Source: Sphagnum compactum (taxonomy: Eukaryota). Taken from it: a stretch of 64,000 bases of DNA. The notes below the pieces were generated by a model. That model searched no databases. It was not told where the DNA came from and saw only the letters and a list, made by a program, of their open reading frames with translations. A program made the position numbers and the translations under genes. The stretch covers positions 14,870,213 through 14,934,212 of the forward strand of contig OZ234493.1 in NCBI GenBank assembly GCA_965153455.1, written 5' to 3'. This document shows positions 1 through 13,200 of this stretch, piece after piece (position 1 is the first letter of the stretch; each line of letters starts with the position of its first letter).

Positions 1-53
1 TGGGAAGAAACTATGGGCATCAAAGGATGAGAAGCTTTGGGTCCATTACCATA

Positions 54-300
54 CATCCACAACACATAAATTCACATGTATCAATGACCTTGCTCGTAAT
101 AGGCATCCACAACACATAACTTCACTCGAACTAAGCATCCAAAACACATAACTGCCATGTAAAATGCATCCACAATACATAACTTCATTTGTGATTAACA
201 ACCACAACACATAACTTCACTTGTAACAAACATCCACAACACATAACATCACTTGTAAAAGGCATCCATAAGACATTAAAATTTGCTCATGACAAGCATT
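54..300. repeat. ~32-bp tandem repeat (consensus catccacaacacataacttcacttgtaaaagg)
   Basis: Unit starts (catcc/caacc) at 54, 104, 136, 167, 199, 231 and 263, with degenerate copies to ~450. Lies beyond the splice donor at 530 of the MULE gene, i.e. intronic. Confidence 0.85.
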
Positions 301-530
301 GAAAACACATAACTTGGCTACACATGACATAATTTGGCATTACAAGCAACATCACCCTGTAACATGTCCACTTACACAAACCAATAACACATAACCCGAC
401 TACAAACAAGATTCCAAAACATGTAGCGCTCCCAATACATAACTTGGCAACATGAACCTACAATAGAAAATGTGGCCTTATTTACTAACAAGGACCCACA
501 GTATAGAAATATGGGAGGTGATAAATTTAC

Positions 531-1926
531 CTGAGGCTATTTATTTTTGCGTTCGCATCATCCACAATGAAGGCATTTGGATGCCAATTGCTCTTGACCA
601 TCAACAAACTTTTGTTTAATGCATCCATCTACAAGGCTAAGTCATGTTGTTTGTAACTTGATGTGATGATGTACACCACAAGGACCCCGTTACACATTCA
701 TCGAACACCATCATCATGTATAATGGAAACTGTAACAACAATGTGATATGGTTTACTTTAGGTGGTTGGTTATTACAAAGTCAGCACACAAATTATTCAC
801 GTACCTTCTTCTCGTTCAATACCCCACCATAATTACATACCTTCTTCTCATTTGTTCTGAAAGTGGCATCAATTGAAACACCACTTTCATGACCACGTTC
901 TAACATCATTTGCCATTCCATTTGTATCCCAATAGTGAAAGGCATATTACTGCCTTGAAAACCCCCTTCAACCTAAAGACCATTCTCTTGATAGAAGAAG
1001 ATTTTGTTTTTGTTCTCAATCACCCACATTCGCACACTTTGTGCATCATTTTTGTGCTTCTTGTATGTCTCTTTTGCTTACTTACGTGCCATGTTCCGAA
1101 TATCTTATTCATTCAAAAATAGGTTTCGTAATAGTTCAGCCCTATTCTCCATCATATCCTTCACCCAAACTTTGTGTTTACTCATCACTTGATAAATAGA
1201 TAGGCACAATCAAAGGTGTTCTAACACAAATGCTTGAGTCTCATTTGATACATGCAAAGAAAATGTTGACCTTAACCCAAATTTCACGATTTTGTGGATA
1301 ACAAGCCCAATTTTGTTGACATGATGGAATGTGGCATAACAATTTTTGCCAATAGTTGGGTGCTAGTATAATTGTTTCAAAATGAATGAACAATAACAAC
1401 CCTTCTTATGGCCATCACCCTAGCTCTTCATCGAAACTTGATGGGCCTTGTTCCCTTCATTAATTACCTCTTTGGTTGTTTTTGCTCTTTTCTTTCGAAT
1501 TGCCCATTCTTATGTATAGCATGGAACCATGCATATTTTCCGTACAATCAACTAGGCCATACTCATAGTGATACTTGAAACATGTCATCAAAGTTGGTAG
1601 TTGTTTAAAACAAAAACATGTGAAAGTCAATTGTTATAACCTAATACAATTGACAAGATCTCTCATTCATGTTCCATGTTTAAGAAGAAATCCTAGTTGT
1701 TCAGGAATCATGTTATTTCCCTCATGTTTTCTCAATAGCTATTGGGTTTAAGGTGTTTCAAGATTGAAGTCATTCGATGTTCTTTCCTAATGAACCTACA
1801 TTGCACACCTCCCTTGTTTTCTTCTCTGACTAGAAAATCTAAAACCTTAATCCATGGAACATGAGCCACATACAACCTTTTCCATATGGTATCTATCTCT
1901 ATATCATGCTTAGGTGTTTGTTGCAA
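531..1926 (-). pseudogene. Mutator-like (MULE) transposase pseudogene, intron-containing, continuing off the window
   Basis: Manual minus-strand translation: the exon ending at 841 reads PFTIGIQMEWQ..MLERGHESGVSIDATFRTNEKK|gt (first catalytic D). Exon 729-531 reads FPLYMMMVFDE..NGVLVVYIITSS..DL...MDALN...WHPNAFIVDDANAKINSLR|gt (second D). Internal stops and a frameshift are present. N-terminal fragment is ORF 1732-1926. Confidence 0.85.
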
Positions 1927-4900
1927 TTCAACTTGTCAACACAAATCCCTAAAAGTAAAAGGACTCAAGGGTGGTGGCATTACACCGCACCCTACTTTGT
2001 CCACCCCTACCTCCTCCATCCAGAATGCACCTTTTAATCATTCAAAAAAACACAAAACCATATCAATTTTGACAATGCACTATTGTTGGTGCTAGACACA
2101 GTGGAAAGAAACCTAACATACCATATGAATTAACGTTGCCACAATCTAAACCCATATAATGGTGCACTTACCAAGACCATAAAAACAAACTTTGAATTGT
2201 AAGCCAAGTATGCAGATGATCTAGATTCCAACTTCTTGCCAATTCAAAGGTACTTCAACCCTACAGCCTAAACTGATCCCACTTCTAAAACCAATCTGCA
2301 ATTGTGTGCCAAGTGGGCACTTGCTCTAGATTCCATTTTAGTGATAATTGAAAGGTACTTCAGACCTGGTTCAAACATTAATCCCACTTCTTCAACTAAC
2401 ATGCAACAAACAACATTCTTCCCATTCTAGCTTGATTCTTGCAACATTTCGAACCGTCGACTTGTAATAGGCAATTTGTAATAGGCAACTATGTCTTGCT
2501 TGTGCTTCTAGCTTGCCACGTTTTGAAAAATGGGTTTATAGGCCATTGTAACCTGGTCTCAATTGTGTAGGAAGGCATGAAACTTAGGACCAGCATTTTT
2601 TTTATGATTTGCAATCTAGCCAAAATGGCAAGATCATCTAGAAGATAATTTAACCAAATCTAGCTACCAACTAGATATGAAAATAGACAAAACAAGAATC
2701 CACCTTTTTTCTTGGCAACCTAGTACTTATGATAAAAATATGGCGATTTGGAATATTTTACCTTCAAAATCTAGCAAATTAATGGCATTATTTTGTGAAA
2801 ATTTCTTTGAAAGGTCGAAATTTTAGTTTTTGGTCAAAATTTGCCATTGAAAAAACCTTTGAATGGGATGTAAAGGATCTCTTTCTAATTAGGGTTTGGA
2901 ATGGGAAAACATCAATTCCCTTCATTTAGTGATACAATGTAGGTTATGTGTGACATTGTAACTTATACTCACACTTGCATGCAACACTTGAACATTCTTC
3001 CTATATGGATCCTATTATAGGTAGGCATTTATTTCAAAAAGAGGTGGATTGCATCAACAATCGCATTTGGGAAATTTTCAAGCACATAGGTGATTCACTG
3101 GAAGTAGAAGATGATGGTTTGAAAATGATCTTTTTTACACTCTTCCCAGTAGTCCTTCCAAACCCATTTTTGCAGAGTTGAAAAAGCGTTTGGTTGTTGA
3201 ACGTTGTAGGAGGCATTCATGCATTTTGTTGGATAAACATTTGCAAATTTGTGATCAAGTTTTGTATCCTTAGCCTTGTTGGCCTCATCGTCCACCTCAA
3301 TTGATTTTGAAGTATGTGGACCAAAACCAGGTTAGGTTATCACAAATGCATATTTTGTATGTTGTTGTTCCTTCGAGGGCAACAATGCAGCCAGCTGTAG
3401 CAAGCACATCTACCATTAATGTGTTAGTTACACCAAACGTGTCGTCGTCTGTGCAAGTTTTCACTCCCACAACATGTTTTTTCATTTCACTTGTTTTCGT
3501 ACGTTAATGATGTTATAGTCATTAAGGAGCTTGTCTCCACATAACAAATGAAATATTAGTAGTTTTAATGTTATTTTACATATTCCATGAGGTGAAAGCA
3601 TGGCTAGCATGGCCTTACTTCTAGTCTTAAGGTGCCCTTTGGAGGTGTCAATTTGGGTGGAAGACATTGTTGAGTGGGGAGCTTGGGTTGGGCAACATAT
3701 GTGTTAATAACTAACGCAGGTGTTCTAAGATGAGTTCAACGAGAACAAAATTCCCTTGTGGAACAAGAGGGAAGAACTTGTGTTTTCTTTTATTTATATT
3801 ACAAAAACAAACTCCAAAAATGTGACCTATCTTGTTTTGAGTTTGTTGGAATTTGAAGTTAGAGTTATAAAAAAAGTTATGACATGGACAATTGGCTTAT
3901 GGCCACCCAACGTTCATAACGATGTTTTTTTTTTTTCAATGTTGATGATGTTGTAATCATTAATGTTTGATTGCATGTTTGTTTGATTATTTCATGTCAT
4001 TGGGGTTTGAACATATGGATTCAATTGCATTTGCAGGTTGGCAGTCATCATTCCTACGACCCAAGAAACCACTCCAATTCTCCGAATAACTAGATCTCGA
4101 TCAACATTAAGGTATGTAGAATGAAACTCCAATATGTGCTTCCTGTCTATAACTTGGCCCTTTGACTTGGTCTTGTAGGTGTTAATTACTATTGGTTTTT
4201 TGTATTCTTTTTCATTTATGAGTCAACATGGGTGTTGGTCATTTCAAGCATGTTGCCTAATGGTCATTGTAGGCCACTCAATAGAACAATTGCCCATCGC
4301 AAGGAAAAAACCAAACTCAGTCCAAGAGGACCCAAGGGGCTTGAATTGCAGTCATGACATCCTTGTAGAACAACGAGCCAAGGAACAAGTGCATAGTGGG
4401 CAAGATTGATTACATATCAGTTTTTGACATGCCAGGATGACTATAGGTCATAAGCTATACATTTCAAAAATTAGATTTTGGGAATGTAAGGAATGGATGA
4501 TTTGCCCTAACCATATTTGGAAAAGCTTTGTAGGACACTTGACTTGACCTATTTAAAATTCAGCAATATAAATATGTAATATATATGATGTACATAGTGG
4601 ACCTACTATTTGTTACAAAAAACTTTCACAAACATAACAACGTTGGAACCATGTGGCATTTATGCATTCTCAAACTATAAATGATTAGATTGACCTTGGG
4701 AGCTTGTCAATGCTCAATCAATAGGAGAGGATGGATGTGACAATAACATTGACATATTTTCTACACTAGAACCTCATAGATTTTTGGTGACCCTAAACCC
4801 GTTGCTTGTTCCATCCTCATCAGTAGTTGTTTTTTGTTGGGTTGTGATGTCAATTGTTGTCATTTCTTTAGTGCTACTAGATGTTACAACATCTAACACA

Positions 4901-5699
4901 TCCACTCTTTCAAGGTCCAGGATTGTAAAGGTAGGTATTTGTTTCTAAATATAGTAATTACAACAACTTTGCTCATTATTTTAAGATTATTATAAAATTT
5001 TGAAATAAAAATCTTAATTATAGGACATAACTTTTCAATTAGGATACAATTTATTATTATTATTATTAAAACATAAATGTCAGAAATACAGTAGTTATTT
5101 TTTATGATTGGGAACTATCATTTTAATTAATGTGAAAATTTATGTTGTAATATTATTTATTCATTTTACATAAATAATAATAAATAATAAGTAAAATAAT
5201 TTATTATAATTATTTTAAATTTTGAGTAAAATTATTCTAAAATTTTATGATTTAGTAACAATTATATATTGTAAGTACATAATTAAATAATCTAGTATAC
5301 TAGAATGTAGTTCTTACAATTATAAAAATTAAATTAATTTATTTAATTATAGTGGAAATATTTTAATTAAAAAAATATTTAAATTTAAAATTATGAATAA
5401 TGAAGTTGAATTATAAATTATGTGTATATTATAATTAAAGTATAAGTAAAGTAATTATTATTAGTTTATAATAATAATATATTAATTACAATAATTTTAT
5501 TGTTATTAAAAATATTAAAATATTCAATATACTAGTCTATGTTGGAATATATTTTATTTATTTGAAATTACAAGTAATTTAATGTAATGAATTTAATATA
5601 ATTATAATAATCATATCAATGACTTTAATTGCAATGAAAATATTAGGAATATTAAGTTTAATCATAAATCAAATTATTATTTTAATTGATGTATATAGA

Positions 5700-5958
5700 C
5701 ATATGTTGATTGCGACTAAACACCACTTCACTTGTGATTAATGTGACTTTAAATGGTTACTCTTGGATGATAAATCCAACCCATATATAGATGTAAACCA
5801 ATTTAGTTGTAGACCAGTCACAAGTTAGTAGTAGGTGATTTGGTTGATGTTAGCATGATGTCACATTAGTCGTAGAGGGCAAAAATTTGTTGCAAAAACC
5901 AAATAGTTGCAAATAGTTGTAAATGCGTTGGTCACATATTGACCTTTTTCTTCTAATG
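5700..5958 (-). mobile_element. CACTA (En/Spm)-like terminus with subterminal repeats
   Basis: Minus strand from 5958 reads CATTAGAAGAAAAAGG (CACTA-type TIR with one change). It is followed by clustered ttagttgca/ttagtcg/gcgactaa subterminal motifs and then an extremely AT-rich stretch at 4950-5700. Confidence 0.6.
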
Positions 5959-6430
5959 CATGTCATGTAAGTTTTCATTGTCTAGTTGGCTTAATTAAGC
6001 TTGAATGACTAGCTATCGAATTAAAAAACCCTTTGTGGTTTTGAATCCCAAATGCTAATGTTTATATACATTGGACATGGGCCATGCGAAGACATGGCAT
6101 GTGATGGGATGGGCAGGGGGTGATGGAGGTTATGCAGGGTGGGGATGTAACGTGCCAACATGGCATTTATGCAAACAACGTAAGGGGTTATGGGCGGGCG
6201 GGTCATGGGTTATGGGGTGTTGCCGACGTCATGGATGTGCTGGCGATACTTTTGTACCAGACGCATTCATTTCCTTTGGCCTGTTTAAAATCCTCTGTGA
6301 TAATGACTTTAAAAAATGGTGTTTCTTACTAGAACGGATGATTACCAAAAACAATACCAAAAAACAAATTGTGACTAAACTGAGCATGTGATTATAAAAG
6401 GGTTTATTGTCCCAGTAATGTACAAAATTA

Positions 6431-7946
6431 AGAGCATCTCCATCAGTGCTCAGTATGCCACTTTGGATAATAAAACTACATGTCTAAGTTTAGTTATTTT
6501 TCTTTTTGCAACCTCACTAATAAAACTGTAACTGGAACTGCATATATGTGGGATCTACTAATAGCAGACCACCTGGACCAATCATTATGATCGACCAATC
6601 AAAAATACTGAACTGCAATCAGATCCAATTTATTACAGTCTTTTTTGGAGGTGCACAACTGTGTTGTGCTGTAACCAAAAGAAAAGGGAAAGGTCAAATA
6701 ACGACTCGACCCCTCTGTTGAGTTCACTCTGACAGAAATATGAATGGGTGTTCGTCTGTTAAACAAACAACATGACAATTACGCTAATCTAAGTCCAGAG
6801 CTTCTGTCTTCTAGTCCTACTAAACCCTAATGAGATGCACACATCACCGATGCAAAAGCCCTTTCACTGAACTTCCTCAGACACAGCTTCTACTCATGCA
6901 AATCAACAAGACAGAATTTCAGAGATCAAAATTCATAGCTCATAATTTACAGAATTTCCCCGACAGCACAAGCTTCCCCACTCCAGTGTGCTCATCAAAA
7001 ATCATGTATCCTACTCAACTAAGTCGCTGGCATAGCGGAAAGTTTCAGCAACACAACCAAGTTCTCTACAAAAAAAACAGACATACAGAGCGATACGTCT
7101 ATATTCTTCTAAGTTCATCTGACCTCTTCAGCTCTACCTCGGCCTCCTTAAGCAATGATCAGCCAGGATCCAGAAACAACTACTGAGCTCAAAACGCTCT
7201 CCAAAAATCAGACCTCTCAGTCTATCTATCCTAATGCAACTCTCTCCTCATCTCCCACATACTATCCTACACTTCCACTGCATTTCTTTCCACCTGTTCT
7301 TCCACTCACGACACTAAACCCAAAAACACAAAAGAAAACTCCTCTAGTTCTCCTCAACCTCTAGCTATCCTCCAAGCTTCTCTGCTTGCTCTTCCTCAAA
7401 TGCTCTTTTCTTTTTCTGTCTATTTGCCTATCTTTTTCATCTCCAGTGCTGATCTACATATCTCTCACAAAAACCAGCCACCCCTTCTAGACCTGCAGCT
7501 CCTCCTCTTATTAGCTTTCTTCTTAGCTTCAATCACAAGCTTCCCTTCTCCCTTACTCAGCTGCCGCCGTTCCTTCCACTTCGGCTCATCAATGCAGCTC
7601 CACTCCTTACCAGCATTCGCGCCGCCTCCTTCCTGTACAACATCTCACACACACCGAGAGAGAGACCTCCCCATGCACTTCCATGCAGCAGTAATGGAGA
7701 GACTGCCGCAGCAAAAATGACGGCTAATAAAGCAAAATTAAACCTCAGAAGCAGGTAGTGTTCACACTGGTGTGTTGACCTATTGTTTGGTCAGAGTGCC
7801 TTTTACCAACCACGCCAAGCTGCACGAATTTGGACCAGAAAAACCAATTTCCTGAGCTAAACTGGCACATTTTGACTTTTTCACAATAAATTTTGCTCTC
7901 TGGAGTCACATACTGAGAACCCGTGGAGAACCCGTGGAGATGCTCT
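6431..7946. mobile_element. Non-autonomous PIF/Harbinger (Tourist-like) element, ~1.5 kb
   Basis: Perfect 12-bp TIR AGAGCATCTCCA (6431-6442) / TGGAGATGCTCT (7935-7946). Left flank is TTA/TAA; the right TSD is imperfect. No transposase recognised inside. Confidence 0.65.
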
Positions 7947-7948
7947 AC

Positions 7949-8130
7949 GCCTGGATAAAATGAATGCAGGAGTCTTTTTTTAATGGAGAAGAGTGTAAAC
8001 TGTAGACCACAAAACCAAGCCTGGATAAAAACATTGAACTTGCAGGGGTCTTTTTAATGGACCGGAGAGTAAACCACAAAACTAAGCCTGGATAAAAAGA
8101 ATGAACTTGTAGGAGTGTTTATATATGGCT
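7949..8130. repeat. ~68-bp tandem repeat, 3 copies
   Basis: gcctggataaaa...tgaa(ct)tgcagga/ggtc recurs at ~7949, 8018 and 8085. Confidence 0.75.
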
Positions 8131-8152
8131 TGAAGAGGAGGAAGCATCAATT

Positions 8153-8390
8153 ACTTTACCTTCAGGTCAGTTTCGTCATTAAATAATCCTCAAAATAATG
8201 AAATGAAATTTTGTGAAAATATGAAGATGTGTTGAAAATCATCATAATTTTCATAGGCTGAATAATTACAGTACTCATATCACAATATTATAGTAGATGA
8301 GGAAAATATATATAATTTCAAAATTTAAAAACGAATTCACTTTTTGAAAAAAATAATCATTTTGTCAATGTTGAGGCTGACCCTAGGCTA
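8153..8390. mobile_element. ~240-bp MITE-like repeat (ggtcagttt...ctgacc ends); second copy inverted at 53499-53750
   Basis: The reverse complement aligns over its whole length with 53499-53750. Each copy has short terminal inverted repeats. Confidence 0.7.
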
Positions 8391-9467
8391 CAGTAGGTCG
8401 GTGGCAATGATATTTTTTTTGGTGGTGAGTTTTCACCATTTTGTGAAAAATATTTTTTCAAAATATTTTTTGTCACAAACTCTCTGTTTTAAAAAAAAAT
8501 CACAAAAGAAAAACTTTAAGAATAAAATTGCTAGAAACCACCACAATTGCCTACAATATAAAAGGGTGCTTATCACTGCTTAAGATTTTTTTATTTTCAC
8601 ATTTTGAATAATGCCAAATTTGGCTAAATATGCTTATGGACCAATGCCTCTTGAGAAACATCGCAAAATTGAAAAACAAAACACTGGTTCAGCCCCAAAA
8701 GCTAGTCTGAAGCAGCTTTGTTTTTAATGGTGAAATTTTGCCAAAAAGAGAAATTAAAGATCACATTTAAAAAAAAAAAGCTGATTTTGGAAGTTTCAGT
8801 CGCCAGAAGTGGGGGAAAGAAAAATAAAATAAAAATCACCAGACTCTTATATTTGGCTCTCATTGTGTACCCAAACAAATAAAAGGATGATTAAAGATTT
8901 GTATTTTATTTCTGGTTTATAGCCAGATTTGGCTAAATATTATTTTGATGTTGCCACTTTTTCTTCATGTTCCAAATTTCAGGGTTTTCTTTTTCGAATT
9001 TCTGCACTGTGGCGATTAAATTTTTGGAAAATTTTGAAAATTTTCGTTTTTTCTAGTGTGGAGTCGAAAAAAATTCACCAAACTTTTGAATTGGAAAAGA
9101 AAAAACCCTTCTTCCCATGGATGATCACCACTTTGGCTATAGCCAAAAATTCCTGGAAAAAACACTGCCTCAGACAGCTCTGTCCTTCCTGTCACTTACC
9201 ACACACATAAAAATTTCTAACTTAGTCGAAATCCCGTAGCTGGAGGAATAGGAGCTTGAAATCCCTATGGAAAGGGGGTATGAGTTGAAAATCCCTGTGA
9301 GATAATCGTAGGGATTCTAAGCTTTTCCTCCTAGGGATTCTAACTTCCCCTCCTTTTGGCCAAGCATAATATTTCCTGCATCTTAGGTTGAAAATTTACA
9401 AAATCACCTCCCTATTATCATACTCATTGAGCAATATCCTACAATACCAAAAGTGTGCCCCAAAAGC

Positions 9468-9711
9468 AACAGAAGATACCGGAGGAGTTTTATCAACTTT
9501 TTGCCAGTCGCACTAAGAGCACGAGACTGAGGAAAACCAGGATCAAAACTTCCGCATGTGGATCATAAAGGAAAACCAGGATCAGAACTTCCGCATGTGG
9601 ATCATAAACGAACTGCGGGCTTGGATTCAGCAGCTGGAGCTCATGGCTGGAGATGGTCGCCGGTCCCATGAGTCGAGGAGGACGTGATCCCCAGCTGGGT
9701 GGAGACTTCAT
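9468..9711 (-). pseudogene. Small membrane-protein family copy 1 (truncated, frameshifted)
   Basis: ATG at 9711 (MKSPPSWGSRPPRL...). Carries an in-frame 39-bp tandem duplication (9531-9569/9570-9608) and a premature stop at 9493-9495. Homology to the other copies is lost below ~9468; no donor or exon 2 found. Confidence 0.8.
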
Positions 9712-10249
9712 AATCAATTTGTGAACAGCAGCAGATGATCGGCAGTAGTGCTGCAGCTCCTCCCCTCCTCCTTCAGCTCCTCCTGCTACAGCAAACAAAG
9801 CCCACTGGTATAGACGTCGTTGTAGCCACAAACGAAGCCTTGAAGATGATGAAAAAGAAGTTCAGGAGGGACAGCAGCGATGAAATAATGTGCAGGGGAA
9901 GAAGCAAGTGAATCAAGAGCCAAACTGCAAAGGAGCTAGAATGAAGTCAAGCATGTACAGATTTACATATTATGTATCGGAGTCGTGATAGGATGCTTGC
10001 CGATTCTTGCACACCATATATTATGTTGTAGGGAGTTGGAGCAGGAATAAAGTGAAAATGTTATTTTCAGGGAGCTAGCCACTAGTCCTACTGTGTGTAG
10101 CTGCAAAACTTGAAGACGGGACATTGGTCCGGATATTGGTCACTGTAGCAAGTCTGTTGTCATTTGTTAGTCGAGGATTCCTCCGTGTCAAGATCATGTA
10201 ATGAGAGAGTTTGGTGCTCTCTTGCACCCCGCACCTGTACCCAACAAGA

Positions 10250-13200
10250 CTCGCTATAGCTGTGCATCCCAGTTCTCCTCATGCCTAGGTACTGCTGCAA
10301 TCACTGTTAATCCACGTTTGATCATCTTGATTAACCTTTTTCCCATCCCATTGAGATGTGAAGGTGATGTGTGTTGGTGTGTGATTCCATAGCTATCACA
10401 CAAAGGAGAAAATTCCCCAGCCCACTCAGAGCCATATTAATCAACACATACTTGGGAACCCCAAACCAACATATGATCTCTGACTCAAAAAGCCTGCAGC
10501 AGCAGTTACACCATGATCTACCACCACCTTAGCTTATGCCCATTTAGAGTAGTGATCCACCACCACTAAAACATATTTATTCCCTTTCCTAGTTTCTTGC
10601 GACGGGTGTCCAAGGCCACCCTGGAAAAGAATTCACATATTGGAATGCTGTGAAGCTCCCCCATACTGGACGGCATAATGCCTGTGTGCTTAACCAACTG
10701 ACATTGCTTGTAGCTCTGTACCACTTCACGCACAGTCTCACTTCTATTATGCCAAAAATATCATATTTTGATTTCATCCAAAGTGTGTTTCTCATTTAAA
10801 TGGCCAAGTTCAACATGCATGTTCTCCACCAACCGCCTTCTCTGTTCAAGCTTGGGCACAGACAGGCATTTGTAGTACAATTCAGCCTCCTGCCAGTAAT
10901 AATTTAGTGTCCTCCTCCTGATGTGCTCCTTCTCCAACTCTTCATAAATAGAAGGAATTTCTCTAGAGTTCAACATGGCCATCCAGCGTCCTGGTTAGCC
11001 TCCTGGTTTCTTTATCCTTAGTTTTGTGAGGAACATCAATGGCAGCCTGCCCCGTGGTCTCACCAACCTCCATCTGTGCTTCCCTCACTAATTGCCACTG
11101 CATTTCCTTGTCCATCCACAACTGACCGGTTGCATTCCAATCCTTCTGATCTTCTTCCCATCATTGTTCTACTGCTTTACAACTTTAGTTTCAGCTTCTT
11201 CTCTCCAAGCCACCTCAGCTTCAATGTGCCACCCTTAGAACTGAGGTTAAAGATATTTGGAATATTTGTTCTTCTTCATCACAAAGTCTGATGATTCGCC
11301 ACAAAGCAACAATTTACATGCAGCCACTTGTTGCAATTATTTAATGTCAAGTCATCACATCTCATCCCTCTCCATTCTTCTTCCCTTCCTACTGTGAAGA
11401 AAGTCATCACCTTCATATCTGGTATTTCAACTTGAAAGTCCTAATCCTCCTCAGGCATACCAACAAGATTCCTACTCTAATTGTCAACATGTAGGGTGCC
11501 TCCTATCTTGTGGATGATCTTGAAACTAAAGTCTTGGAGCATATCCACCTAGTGTCCCTTCCTACCATGGGTGTCTAACACAGTAAGCAACCACTCAAGT
11601 GGCTTGTGGTCCATACCTAGAATAATATGAATGTGGTCTAGATATTGCCTAAAGTGCATCACAACCCAGATCAATGTGTAGCATTCTCCCTCCATTGGAT
11701 GATAGTTTTTTTGGCTTTTGGACAGATCTTTAGTTGCATAAGCCACAACCACTCCCTTTCTCCCATCCTTCTGACACAAAATAGTCCCCACTCCTTTGGT
11801 GGACTAGTCTACTTCCAAAATCAACGGCTCAGTGAAGTCACGTCTCACCAAGATTGGAATTGATGCTAGGCATTTCTTCAACTCCTCAAAAGTCAGTTGA
11901 CAAGCCTTAATCCAGACAAAAGACACAACTTTGCATGTCAGCTTGAACAGAGGTCTTGCCACATGAGCATAACCTCTGGTAAAATTCCTGTAGTAACTTG
12001 TGAGCCCTAGGAATGCCCTCATGTTTATTAGAGTTGTAGGAATTGGAAAAACTTGTATTGTTGCCACCATGCCTGGATCAGGTCAAATTCCAGCAGCATC
12101 TATTAAGTACAATGTCAGAAGCTCCAAACTTACAATTGGAAGGGTTAAGCTTCAGGTTCATGTTTCTTAATCGACTTAATACCCTGTGTAGATATTAGAT
12201 ATTGTAGATGCTCCTTCCAGTCCAAGCTGTGCATGTTGAAATCATCTATAAAAACCTTCACAAAATTAAGCTCATCCCTGAAAATCTCATTCATCACCCT
12301 GGAAAAGGTGCCAATGGCACTTTTTAGGCCAAATGGCATCACTAGCCATTCAAAAAGTACATTCTTGGTGATCACTGTTGTTTTCTTTATTTTTTCTAGA
12401 GCCATTCTAATCTGCCAAAAGCTGGATTGCAGATCAAGAGCTGAAAATATTGTGGATTTTCCCAACTGCGCTAAGACATCTTCCATTAAAGGCAAAGGGT
12501 ATGACTTATCCTTGTTTACTGATTTAAAGGTCTGTAGTCTTCACAAAACCTTGTAGATCCATCCCACTTTGTTGGTAATGTCACCTTGCAGGCATGTTCC
12601 AAATGACTAGCACATATCTTCCCAATTTGCATCAAAGCCTCAATCTGTTCCTTTAACCTCCCCTTCTTCTCAATATCAGAAATGGTTGGGTGTAGTCTGG
12701 CATGGAGGGAAGCCTTCCGTGTCAATGGAGTATTCTCCAATTAGGCAGCATCCAAGCTCTCCCTTATTCCATGTAAAGACATCCTAAAGATCACTCAACA
12801 ACTCCCACGACTCATCAACTTTCTGCATATCCAATTTAGGCCTTACTTGAATTTTTCTTCTTATTTCCGGCCACCGTACTTCTTCTTTCCTACTTGCATC
12901 CTCAGGTGCTTCCATTCCTACTGCTGCAGCTCCTTCCATCAATGCTAGGGTGGTTAAAATAGCTTTGATTGTGGACTCACCATCAGATGTGTGCTTATAC
13001 TTTAGCCCATGTGTCCTGCAATTTTCTTCCTCCATAACCTAGCTAATCCAGTCTAAGAAGTCATCCTCCTTTTCTTCAAATGCTTCTTGGATCCTTTTTT
13101 GCTGGTCTTGCAGCAACACACCCACTAATTGCACTAGTCTTTTTGTCCTAATCAAGGCATCAAACCCTTCATCCTTCATCTCCTCCTCCATTTGTCCTAA

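Noticed and set aside
54-300. CRISPR-like regular 32-bp periodicity
   Set aside because: Units are head-to-tail degenerate copies without unique spacers, the context is eukaryotic and there are no cas genes.
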